NCBI GenBank assembly: GCA_003208875.1
Contig: QCUR01000002.1
Location: forward strand, 160,001-224,000
DNA length: 64,000 nt
Reading direction: 5' to 3'
From: Prochlorococcus sp. AG-679-M23
GTDB taxonomy: Bacteria > Cyanobacteriota > Cyanobacteriia > PCC-6307 > Cyanobiaceae
Below, one piece after another: positions 32,184 to 42,986 of this stretch. The position numbers and the translations under genes were made by a program. The notes under the pieces were generated by a model. The model had not been told where the DNA came from, ran no database searches, and saw only the letters and a list, made by a program, of their open reading frames with translations. Positions within the stretch are counted from its first letter, which is position 1. Each line of letters begins with the position of its first letter.

Positions 32184-32737
32184 TGAAAAAACATTTACTA
32201 TTTTTAGGACCGCCCGGAGCAGGTAAAGGAACTCAAGCTGCCCTTTTGAGTGAAGCTAACTCTTATTTACATTTATCTACTGGAGAATTATTAAGAAAAG
32301 AAATTGATTTGGATACTGATTTGGGTAAACAAGTAAAAGATATTATGAATAGTGGGGAACTTGTAAGTGATCAATTAGTTTTAGAAATTGTAAAAAAAAA
32401 TTTGGATAAGGATAATAATGGTTGGATTTTAGATGGTTATCCTAGAAATTTGTCTCAAGTGCATTCTCTTAATGATGTATTGATTAATATAAATCAACCT
32501 TTAGAAATAGTATTTTATTTAGATATACCAGACGAAGTTTTAATAAAGCGTTTACTTATTAGGGGTAGAAAAGATGATAATGAAAAAACTATTAAAACAA
32601 GATTAAAAATTTATAAGGAAACTACAGAGCCATTGATTGAATACTATAAAGATCTCGCCTTATTAGAAAATATCAAGGCTGATGGTGATCTAAAAACAAT
32701 TTCTGCTGATATAAAACAAAAAATGGCTTGTCGATGA
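32183..32737 (+). CDS. adk: Adenylate kinase (short, LID-less type)
   Basis: [30 protein letters not shown]. Confidence 0.97.
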   Translation: MKKHLLFLGPPGAGKGTQAALLSEANSYLHLSTGELLRKEIDLDTDLGKQVKDIMNSGELVSDQLVLEIVKKNLDKDNNGWILDGYPRNLSQVHSLNDVLININQPLEIVFYLDIPDEVLIKRLLIRGRKDDNEKTIKTRLKIYKETTEPLIEYYKDLALLENIKADGDLKTISADIKQKMACR

Positions 32738-32775
32738 TGTAGAATATGAAATTAACATTTTAATGAGAAAACCTT

Positions 32776-32892
32776 ATGAAGGTTAGAGCCTCAGTAAAAA
32801 AAATGTGTGACAAATGTCGTGTTATTCGTAGACATGGCAGGGTAATGGTTATTTGCACCGCTAGCCCTAGACACAAACAGCGTCAAGGTTAA
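32776..32892 (+). CDS. rpmJ: 50S ribosomal protein L36 (not in ORF track)
   Basis: Hand translation [38 protein letters not shown]. Confidence 0.98.
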   Translation: MKVRASVKKMCDKCRVIRRHGRVMVICTASPRHKQRQG

Positions 32893-32937
32893 TCTTTGAC
32901 GAAATTTAATTAAAAACCTTTTACTAATTCGAAACAA

Positions 32938-33303
32938 GTGGCCAGGATTGCAGGAATTGACATACCTCGTGAAAAACGAGTTGAAATTGCACTTACATAC
33001 ATCTATGGAGTTGGTCTAACAAGATCAAAATTAATCCTTTCAAATACAGGAGTTAATCCTGATATTCGTGTCAAAGATTTATCAGATAGTGATGTACAGA
33101 AATTGAGAGGTGCTACAGAAGACTTTACTGTAGAGGGTGATTTACGTAGGAAAGAGGGTATGGCGATGAAACGCTTGCAAGATATTGGTTGTGTCAGAGG
33201 GAGAAGGCATAGAATGAGTCTTCCTGTAAGAGGTCAAAGAACAAGAACAAATGCTAGAACGAGAAGAGGCTCAAGAAAAACAGTTGCTGGAAGAAAAAAA
33301 TAA
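32938..33303 (+). CDS. rpsM: 30S ribosomal protein S13
   Basis: [27 protein letters not shown] start. Confidence 0.98.
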   Translation: MARIAGIDIPREKRVEIALTYIYGVGLTRSKLILSNTGVNPDIRVKDLSDSDVQKLRGATEDFTVEGDLRRKEGMAMKRLQDIGCVRGRRHRMSLPVRGQRTRTNARTRRGSRKTVAGRKK

Positions 33304-33350
33304 TTAATTAATTATAAAAAATGACACCAAATTTATTTATCTAAATTGTT

Positions 33351-33743
33351 ATGGCAGCTCCAGTAAAAAAAACAGGTTCAAAGAAATCAAAGAAAAATGT
33401 ACCAAATGGCGTAGTACATATTCAAAGTACCTTTAATAACACTATCGTATCTATCACTGATACTTCGGGCCATGTAATTTCTTGGTCTTCTGCAGGAGCA
33501 AGTGGATTCAAAGGTGCTCGAAAAGGTACTCCATTTGCTGCTCAAACAGCTGCCGAAGCCGCGGCTAAAAGAGCTCTTGATCAAGGTATGAGACAAATAG
33601 AAGTATTAGTTAGAGGCCCTGGCTCAGGTAGGGAAACCGCCATAAGAGCTTTACAAGTGGCCGGTTTAGAAATAACTCTAATAAGAGATGTAACTCCATT
33701 ACCTCATAATGGATGCAGAAGGCCTAAACGTAGACGCGTTTAG
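33351..33743 (+). CDS. rpsK: 30S ribosomal protein S11
   Basis: [25 protein letters not shown]. Confidence 0.98.
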   Translation: MAAPVKKTGSKKSKKNVPNGVVHIQSTFNNTIVSITDTSGHVISWSSAGASGFKGARKGTPFAAQTAAEAAAKRALDQGMRQIEVLVRGPGSGRETAIRALQVAGLEITLIRDVTPLPHNGCRRPKRRRV

Positions 33744-33755
33744 AACTTAACCACT

Positions 33756-33787
33756 CCCCCCCCCCCAAACTTTCAACCTTTTTTTTT
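33756..33787 (+). repeat. C11 and T9 homopolymer tracts in the rpsK-rpoA spacer
   Basis: C run 33756-33766 and T run 33779-33787 read directly. Confidence 0.85.
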
Positions 33788-33789
33788 CC

Positions 33790-34728
33790 GTGTTGCAATA
33801 CCAGATTGACAGAATCGATCATCAAATATCAGATGATCGCTCCCAAACAGGAACATTTTTAATTGGCCCCTTAGAAAGAGGACAAGCTACAACTCTCGGT
33901 AATTCTTTAAGAAGAGTTCTTATGGGAGGACTTGAAGGTAGTGCTGTAACTGCTGTAAGAATTGCAGGAATTAATCATGAATATGCCACTATCCCAGGAG
34001 TTAGAGAAGACGTACTTGATATTCTTTTAAATTGTAAGCAACTCTCTATTAATAGTTCCAACCCTGAGACTGAGATTGGGAGGTTAGTAGTTAATGGCCC
34101 AATGGAAGTAAAGGCAAACGACATACAATTTTCCTCTCAAGTTGAAATAGTTGACGGTGAAAAACCTATTGCAACTATTCAAGAGGGACATAATCTAGAG
34201 TTAGAAATTCATGTAGAAAGAGGGGTTGGTTATAGACCTGTAGATCGAAGAAATCAAGAAACTACAGCTATAGACTTGCTTCAGATAGATGCTGTTTTTA
34301 TGCCTGTAAAAAGAGTTAACTTCACAATAGATGAAACTGCTGTTGCAGAAGGAGCGACAGGTAGAGAAAGATTAACAATGGAAGTTGTTACAGATGGTTC
34401 CACAAGCCCTGATGATGCGATTGCTGAAGCAGCAAACCAGTTAATTGAACTCTTTCAGCCCCTAGCAACCGTTACAATGGTTGAAGAAATACCAGAAGAA
34501 CCAGAACCTTCTCCTGAAGCGCAAATTCCATTAGAAGAACTAAACTTGTCCGTTAGAGCGTATAATTGTTTGAAAAGAGCACAAGTTAATTCTGTATCAG
34601 ATTTAATGGGATTCAGTTACGAAGATCTTTTAGAAATTAAGAACTTCGGCTCGAAATCTGCAGATGAGGTTATTGAAGCTCTTGAGCGAATAGGAATTTC
34701 AATTCCACAAAGCCGGACATCTGTTTAA
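33790..34728 (+). CDS. rpoA: RNA polymerase subunit alpha
   Basis: [36 protein letters not shown] start. Confidence 0.99.
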   Translation: MLQYQIDRIDHQISDDRSQTGTFLIGPLERGQATTLGNSLRRVLMGGLEGSAVTAVRIAGINHEYATIPGVREDVLDILLNCKQLSINSSNPETEIGRLVVNGPMEVKANDIQFSSQVEIVDGEKPIATIQEGHNLELEIHVERGVGYRPVDRRNQETTAIDLLQIDAVFMPVKRVNFTIDETAVAEGATGRERLTMEVVTDGSTSPDDAIAEAANQLIELFQPLATVTMVEEIPEEPEPSPEAQIPLEELNLSVRAYNCLKRAQVNSVSDLMGFSYEDLLEIKNFGSKSADEVIEALERIGISIPQSRTSV

Positions 34729-34743
34729 CAAACTATTGAGATT

Positions 34744-35094
34744 ATGAGACATCAACTTAGAGTTCCTCTTTTAAGTAAACCAGCTGATCAAAGAAAAGCT
34801 CTTCTTAGAGCTTTAACTACGCAACTTATTCGAGAAGGTAGAATAACTACTACCAAAGCAAGAGCTAAAGCTTTAAGAAATGAAGCGGAAAGAATGATTT
34901 CCTTAGCAAAGGAGGGGACTTTATCTGCTAGAAGAAGAGCTCTTGGTTATATTTATGATAAAAAGTTAGTTCACTCACTATTTGAAAAAGCTCAAGAAAG
35001 ATATGGAGAAAGAAACGGTGGTTATACCCGAATCGTCAGAACTGTTGCTAGAAAGGGTGATAATGCCCAAATGGCTATCATTGAACTAGTTTGA
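34744..35094 (+). CDS. rplQ: 50S ribosomal protein L17
   Basis: [25 protein letters not shown]. Confidence 0.98.
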   Translation: MRHQLRVPLLSKPADQRKALLRALTTQLIREGRITTTKARAKALRNEAERMISLAKEGTLSARRRALGYIYDKKLVHSLFEKAQERYGERNGGYTRIVRTVARKGDNAQMAIIELV

Positions 35095-35131
35095 AGATAG
35101 AAAAATAAAACTTGAAAATATAAAATAACTT

Positions 35132-35938
35132 TTGAAAAGAGTAGCTTTAGTTATCCAATATGATGGATCTTATTTTTCAGGTTGGCAAAGACAGAAAAAT
35201 GCAATAAGTGTTCAAGAGACAATAGAAAATTGCCTATTTAAAATATCAAATCAAATTATAAAAACATTTGCTTCAGGAAGAACAGACGCTGGAGTTCATG
35301 CTTCTGGTCAAGTAATTCATTTTGATATTGATTTCGTAATACCAATTGATCGTTATGCAGATGTACTAAATAGTAGATTACCTCATTCAATTAGGATCTT
35401 AGAATCAGTAGAAGTAAAAAATAGTTGGCATGCTTGCTATTCTGCAGTTTATAGACATTATCGATACGTAATTAATAATAGTAAGATACCTAATTTGTTT
35501 TTAAATAAGTGGTCATGGCATAGATACCAGAAATATCTTGATGAGTTTTCAATGTCAATTGCCCTAGATGGAATGATTGGAGAGCATGATTTTTTTGCTT
35601 TTCAAAAGAGTGGAAGTAATAGATCAACTTCTATAACAACAATAAAAAATATAAAATTGGAGAGGACTGAGGATTTGATATTGATAGATATAAAAGCTAC
35701 AGGATTTCTTTATGGAATGGTACGTTCAATAGTGGGTCAACTTGTTTTAGTAGGAGAAAATAAAATAACACCAGATATTTTTAAAGATAGATGGGTTTTA
35801 AAAAAGAAACATGATGTTCGAGAGTCAGCTCCAGCCAAAGGGTTATGTTTTGTCAATTCTATATACGAAGAAAATATTTTTAAAAGAATTAATAAAAATG
35901 ATCTTTTCCCGAAATTTGTAATTAGAGGTTACTCCTAG
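35132..35938 (+). CDS. truA: tRNA pseudouridine(38-40) synthase
   Basis: YDGSYFSGWQRQ, SGRTDAGVHA, GFLYGMVR, APAKGL. Confidence 0.96.
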   Translation: MKRVALVIQYDGSYFSGWQRQKNAISVQETIENCLFKISNQIIKTFASGRTDAGVHASGQVIHFDIDFVIPIDRYADVLNSRLPHSIRILESVEVKNSWHACYSAVYRHYRYVINNSKIPNLFLNKWSWHRYQKYLDEFSMSIALDGMIGEHDFFAFQKSGSNRSTSITTIKNIKLERTEDLILIDIKATGFLYGMVRSIVGQLVLVGENKITPDIFKDRWVLKKKHDVRESAPAKGLCFVNSIYEENIFKRINKNDLFPKFVIRGYS

Positions 35939-36055
35939 ATTGGAAGATTTTATAAACTAAAATAATATATTTAGATAATCAAAATAATTGTTTATTCCTC
36001 CTTCAATAAGGTAGAATTTATAACTGATTAAAATTTATTCAAGAAAAATTTATAA

Positions 36056-36487
36056 ATGAATAAAACTATTACTCCCTCTATAGAAACTATCAAAAGAAAT
36101 TGGTTTTTAGTTGATGCTAAAGATAAGACACTTGGCAGGCTTTCTACAGAAATAGCTGCCGTTCTAAGAGGAAAGAACAAACCAACATTTACCCCTCATT
36201 TAGACACAGGTGATTTTGTTATTGTCGTTAATGCCGAAAAAGTAGAGGTAACAGGTAAAAAAGCATCACAGAAATTATACAGAAGGCATTCTGGTAGACC
36301 AGGAGGAATGAAAGTTGAAAAATTTGAATCGCTTCAAGAAAGAATTCCTGAGAGAATAATTGAGCAGGCTGTTAAAGGAATGCTTCCTCATAATTCATTG
36401 GGAAGACAGCAATTCAAGAAATTAAAAGTTTATAAAGGTTCTGATCATCCTCATACTGCACAAAATCCTGTATTATTAAATAGTTAA
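36056..36487 (+). CDS. rplM: 50S ribosomal protein L13
   Basis: [27 protein letters not shown]. Confidence 0.98.
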   Translation: MNKTITPSIETIKRNWFLVDAKDKTLGRLSTEIAAVLRGKNKPTFTPHLDTGDFVIVVNAEKVEVTGKKASQKLYRRHSGRPGGMKVEKFESLQERIPERIIEQAVKGMLPHNSLGRQQFKKLKVYKGSDHPHTAQNPVLLNS

Positions 36488-36496
36488 GCTTTACTA

Positions 36497-36907
36497 ATGA
36501 ATAGTCAAATAAAAAACAAAGCAGTTTATTGGGGTACTGGAAGAAGAAAAACTTCTGTAGCAAGAGTTCGTTTAATTCCCGGCAATGGACAAATCAAAAT
36601 AAATGGTCGATCGGGTGATGATTACTTAAACTTTAACCCAACACACTTAAATTCAGTTAAAGCTCCTTTGCTAACTTTAGGCCTTGAAAATTCATACGAT
36701 ATTTTTGTAAATGTTTTTGGTGGTGGTTTAACAGGGCAGGCAGATGCAATCAAGCAAGGAGCAGCTAGAGCTCTTTGTGGTTTGTCTCCTGACAATAGGA
36801 AGCCTTTAAAAACAGAAGGCCACCTTAGTAGAGACCCTAGATCAAAAGAAAGAAAAAAATATGGTCTTAAAAAAGCTCGGAAAGCTGGTCAATTCTCTAA
36901 ACGTTAA
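36497..36907 (+). CDS. rpsI: 30S ribosomal protein S9
   Basis: [30 protein letters not shown]. Confidence 0.98.
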   Translation: MNSQIKNKAVYWGTGRRKTSVARVRLIPGNGQIKINGRSGDDYLNFNPTHLNSVKAPLLTLGLENSYDIFVNVFGGGLTGQADAIKQGAARALCGLSPDNRKPLKTEGHLSRDPRSKERKKYGLKKARKAGQFSKR

Positions 36908-36919
36908 AAACATTTTATT

Positions 36920-37180
36920 ATGCCTAAATCAGAAATTCATCCTAAATGGTATCCAGATGCAAAAGTTATTTGTAATGGAGAAGTCGTAATGACTACAGGT
37001 TCAACTAAGCCTGAATTACATGTTGATGTTTGGAGTGGGAATCATCCTTTCTTTACTGGGACACAAAAAATTCTGGATACTGAAGGTAGAGTTGATAGGT
37101 TTATGAAGAAATATGGAATGGGTTCAGCCGATTCAGCCACTTCAAAAGAAACAAAAGAATCTAAAAAATCAGATAAATAA
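36920..37180 (+). CDS. rpmE: 50S ribosomal protein L31
   Basis: IHPKWY, HPFFTG, GRVDRF. Confidence 0.97.
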   Translation: MPKSEIHPKWYPDAKVICNGEVVMTTGSTKPELHVDVWSGNHPFFTGTQKILDTEGRVDRFMKKYGMGSADSATSKETKESKKSDK

Positions 37181-37214
37181 AAATTTACTAATCAAAAATT
37201 AAGCAAATTTTCAA

Positions 37215-38309
37215 TTGGAATATACAACATTAATTGCAAGATTGAAAAATGCTGCAGAAAGTTTTGGCAATTTGGAAATGCAGTTGGCTGATCCCGATAT
37301 TGCAAATAACCCTAAAAAACTAGAATCAATAGCAAGAGAAAGAGCCAAGCTGGAACCTTTGGTTCTAGATTTTAATCAATTGCTTGATACTGATAAAGAA
37401 ATTGGTGACTCCAAACAATTGCTTAAAGAGAGTAGAAATGATAAAGATATGGAATCATTGATCAATGAAGAATTATTCAGTCTAGAAGATCTTAAGAATC
37501 AACTTATTGAAAAATTAACAATTGCTTTATTACCCAAAGATCCACGAGATGAAAGAAGTGTAATGTTGGAAATTAGAGCTGGAGCAGGAGGAAATGAAGC
37601 TTGTATTTGGGCCGGTGATCTAGCAAGAATGTATGAAAGATATGGACAAAAGATTGGTTGGACAGTAAAACCTATTAGTGCTTCTGAATCAGATATGGGA
37701 GGATTTAAAGAATTAGTTATTTCTGTAAAAGGAGATTCTGTTTATAGTCAATTGAAATTTGAGGCAGGTGTTCATAGAGTTCAAAGAGTCCCAGCAACTG
37801 AATCTCAAGGCAGAGTTCATACTTCTACTGCAACAGTTGCGGTTATGCCGGAGGCTGATCCAGTAGAAGTTAAGATTGATCCAACTGAGATAGAAATTGG
37901 TACAGCTAGATCAGGTGGTGCTGGTGGTCAAAATGTTAATAAGGTAGAGACTGCTATTGATCTAATTCATAAGCCGACAGGTATCAGAGTATTTTGTACA
38001 CAAGAAAGATCTCAGCTACAAAATCGTGAGCGAGCTATGGAAATTCTAAGAGCTAAGTTATATGAGATTCAATTAAAAGAAGCTAATGCTAAGGAAAGGT
38101 CACAAAGGCTAATGCAAGTTGGAAGTGGAGATAGAAGCGAAAAAATTAGAACTTATAATTTTAAAGATAATAGAACAACTGATCATAGGTTGGGATCCAA
38201 TTTTGCATTAGAGCCGATTCTGGCAGGACAATTAGATGATGTTATTGATGCTTGTTTAGCACAAGAACAAAAAATGATGTTAGAAGATTTTAATGAGAAT
38301 GAAAATTAA
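37215..38309 (+). CDS. prfA: Peptide chain release factor 1
   Basis: RVPATE (PAT recognition motif), [17 protein letters not shown] start. Confidence 0.98.
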   Translation: MEYTTLIARLKNAAESFGNLEMQLADPDIANNPKKLESIARERAKLEPLVLDFNQLLDTDKEIGDSKQLLKESRNDKDMESLINEELFSLEDLKNQLIEKLTIALLPKDPRDERSVMLEIRAGAGGNEACIWAGDLARMYERYGQKIGWTVKPISASESDMGGFKELVISVKGDSVYSQLKFEAGVHRVQRVPATESQGRVHTSTATVAVMPEADPVEVKIDPTEIEIGTARSGGAGGQNVNKVETAIDLIHKPTGIRVFCTQERSQLQNRERAMEILRAKLYEIQLKEANAKERSQRLMQVGSGDRSEKIRTYNFKDNRTTDHRLGSNFALEPILAGQLDDVIDACLAQEQKMMLEDFNENEN

Positions 38310-38315
38310 TTAATT

Positions 38316-38822
38316 TTAAGCAGCTAACCCAATCACATATTTACTCCATTCTTTATGTTTTCCAGAGTCTATTTGCCTTGTGGCTTCAAAATTTAGATTA
38401 CTTAATGGACGATATGGCTTTCGTTTTAAAGGCATATTTGCTTCTTCGGGGGTTTTATTACCTTTTTGAACATTACATCTAAGGCATGCAGTTGTTACAT
38501 TTTCCCAGTTGTCAGGTCCACCTCTGCTTCTTGGTAAAACATGATCTATCGATAAATCACTACCTCTGTGGTTACAGTATTGACATGAATTATTGTCTCT
38601 AAGAAGTATATTTTTTCTTGTAAGTGCGACCTCTCTGAAGGGAACTTTAACGTAGTAGCGAAGCCTAATGACAGTAGGAAGGTTTTGTCCAGAATGTATA
38701 GCATATGATTGATCTTCTTCTAAACTTTCAGCTTTACCTTTGATCATTAAAATTACAGCTCTTCGCCAAGAAGTAATGTTTAAAGGTTCATAAGATGCAT
38801 TTAAAACAAGAGTCTGGCCCAT
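38316..38822 (-). CDS. HNH endonuclease family protein (168 aa)
   Basis: RDNNSCQYC, SIDHVLPRSRGG, WENVTTACLRCNVQKGN; start placed at MGQTLVLN (ATG 38822) rather than 38873. Confidence 0.9.
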   Translation of the reverse strand: MGQTLVLNASYEPLNITSWRRAVILMIKGKAESLEEDQSYAIHSGQNLPTVIRLRYYVKVPFREVALTRKNILLRDNNSCQYCNHRGSDLSIDHVLPRSRGGPDNWENVTTACLRCNVQKGNKTPEEANMPLKRKPYRPLSNLNFEATRQIDSGKHKEWSKYVIGLAA

Positions 38823-38902
38823 GCCAAATATCAATTTACATGTCATGCTAGCGGTATATTTAAATAAGCGCATATAATCGCTTAATCATTAATTGAACTT
38901 CT

Positions 38903-40090
38903 TTGAATAATCGAAAAATTAATTTTGATACTCTTCCAAGTTTTGAAGGAGAAATAGATCCAACTCAAAGAGCTTGGATAGAAGTCAGTGGTAAAGCAAT
39001 AGAGGCAAACGTAAGGCAATTAAGATCAAAATTAAAAAATAATTGTGAATTTATGGCAGTTGTTAAGGCTGATGGATATGGACATGATGCAAAAGTTGTA
39101 TCTGAAAATGCGATTAAAGGTGGCGCTTCTCAATTAGGAGTAGCAACCTTAAAGGAGGGTATAAAGCTTCGTTCTTTTGGGATAAATGCCCCAATTCTTG
39201 TACTTGGTAATCTTTATACGAAAAAAGATTTATTAATATGTTTTAGAAATGATTTGATGCCAACTGTTAGTACTTTTAGAGAGTGTTTGATTTGTAATAA
39301 CATTGGAAAGAGTAATAATTTCAAATTCTCTTTGCATCTAAAAGTTGATACTGGGATGTCAAGATTAGGATTTGAATGTGATCAGTTTGTTCAACAATTT
39401 AATAATATTAAATCACTTGAAAATATTGCTGTTAAGGGAATATATAGTCATCTCGCTTGCGCAGATGAAAAGAATGCTTTGAATCCCAAAAGTAGCACTC
39501 AATTACAAAAAGAAAAATTTCAAGAATTATTGAAAATTATTGATATTGATAATACACAAAATATTAAGATCCATCTTGCTAATTCTGCTGGCATGATTCT
39601 TGGCAAGGATTTTCATTTTGATATGGTACGCGTTGGCCTTTCCATGTATGGCTATGATCCATTAGTAAATATAAATGAAACTTTATTTCTTAAACCTGCT
39701 TTATTTTTAAAGGCTAAAGTGACTTTTGTTCGAACTATTGAAAAAGGTATCGGAGTCAGTTACGGAAATAAATTTGTTAGTGATAGAAAAACAAAGTTAG
39801 CGGTTTTAAGTATTGGTTATGCTGATGGAATCATTAGAAATTTATCTGGCAAAATAAGTTTGATTCATAATAAAAAACTTTATTCTCAAGTTGGATCCAT
39901 AACAATGGATCAAATGATGGTAGATATTACAGACTCAAATGATATTGAAGTTGGTAGTACCCTGATATTACTAGGATCTGAAGGAGATAAATCAATTTCT
40001 CCGATTGACTGGGCAGATAAATGTAATAGCATTCCTTGGGAAATTCTTTGCTCTTTTAAAAATAGATTACCAAGAGTCCAAGTTGATTAG
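38903..40090 (+). CDS. alr: Alanine racemase
   Basis: AVVKADGYGH (PLP lysine), KVDTGMSRLG, GYADG, TMDQMM. Confidence 0.96.
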   Translation: MNNRKINFDTLPSFEGEIDPTQRAWIEVSGKAIEANVRQLRSKLKNNCEFMAVVKADGYGHDAKVVSENAIKGGASQLGVATLKEGIKLRSFGINAPILVLGNLYTKKDLLICFRNDLMPTVSTFRECLICNNIGKSNNFKFSLHLKVDTGMSRLGFECDQFVQQFNNIKSLENIAVKGIYSHLACADEKNALNPKSSTQLQKEKFQELLKIIDIDNTQNIKIHLANSAGMILGKDFHFDMVRVGLSMYGYDPLVNINETLFLKPALFLKAKVTFVRTIEKGIGVSYGNKFVSDRKTKLAVLSIGYADGIIRNLSGKISLIHNKKLYSQVGSITMDQMMVDITDSNDIEVGSTLILLGSEGDKSISPIDWADKCNSIPWEILCSFKNRLPRVQVD

Positions 40091-40151
40091 ACATTTCGAT
40101 TAAATAAATAATTTTGAATGTTTGCACAAAAATTGATAATGTAAAAGAACT

Positions 40152-40240
40152 GGAGAGGTGGCTGAGTGGTTGAAAGCGGCTCCCTGCTAAGGAGTTACAG
40201 GAGGTAACTTTTGTCGAGGGTTCGAATCCCTCCCTCTCCG
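40152..40240 (+). tRNA. tRNA-Ser(GCT)
   Basis: GGAGAGG/CCTCTCC acceptor stem, anticodon loop CTGCTAA, long variable arm, GGTTCGAATCC. Confidence 0.97.
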
Positions 40241-40263
40241 TAATTTATTTAAAAGAATTATTT

Positions 40264-41067
40264 TTATTCTTGGTATTTTTTAAAAAAATTAATATCTATA
40301 TTTTTCAGATCATTTACTGTTTTTAAAATTAAATCAGCTCCTGCCTCTCTAAGTTTTGACTCATATGCAATGCGTTCTTTTATCCTAGATTCTAAATGGA
40401 GATGTGGAGGAGCTACTCCAATGCTTATAAATTTTTGACCTGGAATTCTTTTTTTTGCATTTAAAACAGTATTGATATCAGCAATTGTGTCACCGACATA
40501 TGCAATGGGTATATTTTCATTACCTAGATTTCTTTCACAAAGTTTACTTGCCAAGTAAAGAAAACCTTGAGGATCTGGCTTATCAGGAGCATCACCCATT
40601 GCTATTAAAGGGGGAGATTCTAATTTAAGTCTCTTTTCTAAAACAAATTTTGCAGATGCAGATTCGGCTCCACTAACAAATCCCCAAGTAATCCTGTTAA
40701 CACTTAATAAGGTAAAAAATTCTTTTTCCACTAATAATTCCTCATTTCTTATAAAACCTGACCAGTCATTACTATCTTTAGTTGGATTCCCACCAAAGTA
40801 GTAGTCTTCAAAACATCCAATTATGGCTTCTCTTTGAGGTGGTTTAAGTTTCAGATTCTTGCTTTTAATATGTCTCTTTATAAGTTCTAAACTTAAATCC
40901 CAATCGTTATTCCAGATACCTTCGTTTTTTGCATTATCTATATCTCGATAACTAGGTTCCCATCCGCAAAATCGGTTAACTGTTTTTTTTAGTGAAAGTC
41001 TATAACTATTTTCTACGCTTCGGATAACACCATCTATATCAAATAAAATTACACCAATATTATTCAA
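40264..41067 (-). CDS. HAD-superfamily hydrolase (TIGR01548-like)
   Basis: FDIDGVIR, WNNDWD, KPDP, YVGDTIAD. Confidence 0.82.
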   Translation of the reverse strand: MNNIGVILFDIDGVIRSVENSYRLSLKKTVNRFCGWEPSYRDIDNAKNEGIWNNDWDLSLELIKRHIKSKNLKLKPPQREAIIGCFEDYYFGGNPTKDSNDWSGFIRNEELLVEKEFFTLLSVNRITWGFVSGAESASAKFVLEKRLKLESPPLIAMGDAPDKPDPQGFLYLASKLCERNLGNENIPIAYVGDTIADINTVLNAKKRIPGQKFISIGVAPPHLHLESRIKERIAYESKLREAGADLILKTVNDLKNIDINFFKKYQE

Positions 41068-41165
41068 GGAATTAATCTCAAAACTATTTTATTAAACATT
41101 AATATTCTCTTGTAAAAAAAGCAAAAACAAAATATTTAATGATCAATATAAGATGGAGTTTCAAA

Positions 41166-42986
41166 TTACTTTTTTAAATATCCTCTCGGAGTTAAAAATA
41201 TTTCATCAACCAAAGTAGTTTTAGAATTACCAATGATTATTATTGATAGCATATCTATATCCTGTAAAGGCATACTATCTAAACTAAAAAAGCTCTTGGA
41301 TTGATTTTCCCTTCCTACTTGTCTTCCTACTAAGACTGGAGTATTTCCTGATCTATATCCTAAGCATAATTCTATAGCTCTTTTCAATTGCCAATTTCTT
41401 TCAAGTGATTGTGGATTGAAAATGGCAATTACAAAGTCTCCTAATAAAGCACCTGCAATTCTTTTTTCTATAGTTTCCCAAGGGGTTAACTTATCACTCA
41501 AGCTGATTGAACAGAAGTCATTCATCAATGGGGCTCCACCAATTGCTGCAGCCAACTGCATGCTACTTATTCCTGGATGTACTTCAAATGAAGGTCTAAA
41601 ATCTTTATGAACTTTTTGAATTAATTCTAAAAGTAGGCCAGCCATCCCATAAAAGCCTGCATCACCAGAAGATATTAGTGCTACTTTTATTCCCTCTTCA
41701 GCAAGTTTTATAGCTTTCTCACATCTCTCTTTCTCTTCAGTAAGATTGCTTTCAATCATTACTTGGTCTTTTCTTTTAAGAGGTTTAATTAGATCCAAAT
41801 ACATTTTGTATCCAATCCAAATAGAACATTTTGATAAAGCTTTTCTAGCATCATTTGTTAAATAGGAAATATCTCCTGGCCCACTACCGATAACATGAAT
41901 TTCACCAGTTAATGGTGAATATTGATTTTTAGATTCAGAGACTGCAATAGTTACTGCGCCAAACGTACTTTTTGAAGAATCGATACTTTTAAAAACTTTC
42001 TTTTCTTTCAATAGTTTTGAACCTTGTCCTGCAGCGATCATGCAAGCTGCCTCAGCAACTGAAGGTGTACCAATTTCATTTAGTACTACATTCGATGGGT
42101 TTGGGGTATTGATTGAAGAGAGCTCTTCAGATGTAAAAAATTTTATAGGTAAATTTTTTTCTTTTGAGATCTCTAAAATTGCCTTCTCATCTTTCTTTAA
42201 ATCAATAGTTGCAAAACCTGCTATTGATAATGGAGACAAATTATTAGTAGCTAAAAAACTTTGTAAAGAGTCTTCAATTAATTCTTTGCTAGTATTTCGC
42301 TCACAACCTAAACCGATCCATAAAGTTGGAGGATGCCAAGTATTTTTATGATTATCGAATATAGATATATGAAAAATTGATTTCTTTTGCTCATAATCTT
42401 TGTCTGATAATTGAGTAATAGTATTTCCTGCTTCAGAAGTTTTCCATAAATTGATGCCTGATAATTGGCTACAAAAAATCTCTTTTTTATTAGATTGCTT
42501 GATTACTAATTTTGACCAGTCCTTTATATCTCCAGATCTTTTCCATCCCCATTGATTTCCAAATGAGTCAATATTTAAGTAATTCTGATCAATTGAATTA
42601 TTAGTCTCGATTATTTCACTATCGAATAAATTGCATATTTGAAATGCAATATTTTGGATATTTGATTGATGTGCTCCAATTATAGGGATAATTTTTGATC
42701 CTTTTTTATCAATAACAATTACTCCAGGATCTTTATCTTTGGAAGATAATAAAGAATTAATAAGTCTTATAGAAGCGCCAACTGAGCCGACAAAGACAAT
42801 CAACTCCAATTTTTCCCACTTTTCTCTCAGAATTTGACTAGGTTTCACAAACTTAACTGAGTCTTTTATCTTTTTATCTTTAGGGGATGAGCTTCCTATG
42901 AAAATCTCATTGATAAATTCAGTTTTTTTTAGTCTTTTTAAAATCTCTTTTGAAGTATCAGAAAAACCTATTGCAATACCTTTCAA
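41166..42986 (-). CDS. cobJ: Fused CbiG + precorrin-3B C17-methyltransferase (CobJ/CbiH)
   Basis: N-part KDKDPGVIV, GLGCER, SVAEAA (CbiG); C-part GSGPGD, SSGDAGFYGMA, SLSD, TPRGY. Confidence 0.9.
   Translation of the reverse strand: MKGIAIGFSDTSKEILKRLKKTEFINEIFIGSSSPKDKKIKDSVKFVKPSQILREKWEKLELIVFVGSVGASIRLINSLLSSKDKDPGVIVIDKKGSKIIPIIGAHQSNIQNIAFQICNLFDSEIIETNNSIDQNYLNIDSFGNQWGWKRSGDIKDWSKLVIKQSNKKEIFCSQLSGINLWKTSEAGNTITQLSDKDYEQKKSIFHISIFDNHKNTWHPPTLWIGLGCERNTSKELIEDSLQSFLATNNLSPLSIAGFATIDLKKDEKAILEISKEKNLPIKFFTSEELSSINTPNPSNVVLNEIGTPSVAEAACMIAAGQGSKLLKEKKVFKSIDSSKSTFGAVTIAVSESKNQYSPLTGEIHVIGSGPGDISYLTNDARKALSKCSIWIGYKMYLDLIKPLKRKDQVMIESNLTEEKERCEKAIKLAEEGIKVALISSGDAGFYGMAGLLLELIQKVHKDFRPSFEVHPGISSMQLAAAIGGAPLMNDFCSISLSDKLTPWETIEKRIAGALLGDFVIAIFNPQSLERNWQLKRAIELCLGYRSGNTPVLVGRQVGRENQSKSFFSLDSMPLQDIDMLSIIIIGNSKTTLVDEIFLTPRGYLKK

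Noticed and set aside
22758..33596. Minus-strand ORFs within the ribosomal cluster (22758, 23055, 23538, 24385, 25440, 29805, 29915, 33387)
   Set aside because: They overlap highly conserved r-protein genes and are explained by sense-strand codon bias
7523..40240. Three tRNA genes as possible integration sites for islands or tycheposons
   Set aside because: Each is flanked directly by housekeeping genes; I saw no integrase and no duplicated tRNA 3' end (att site)
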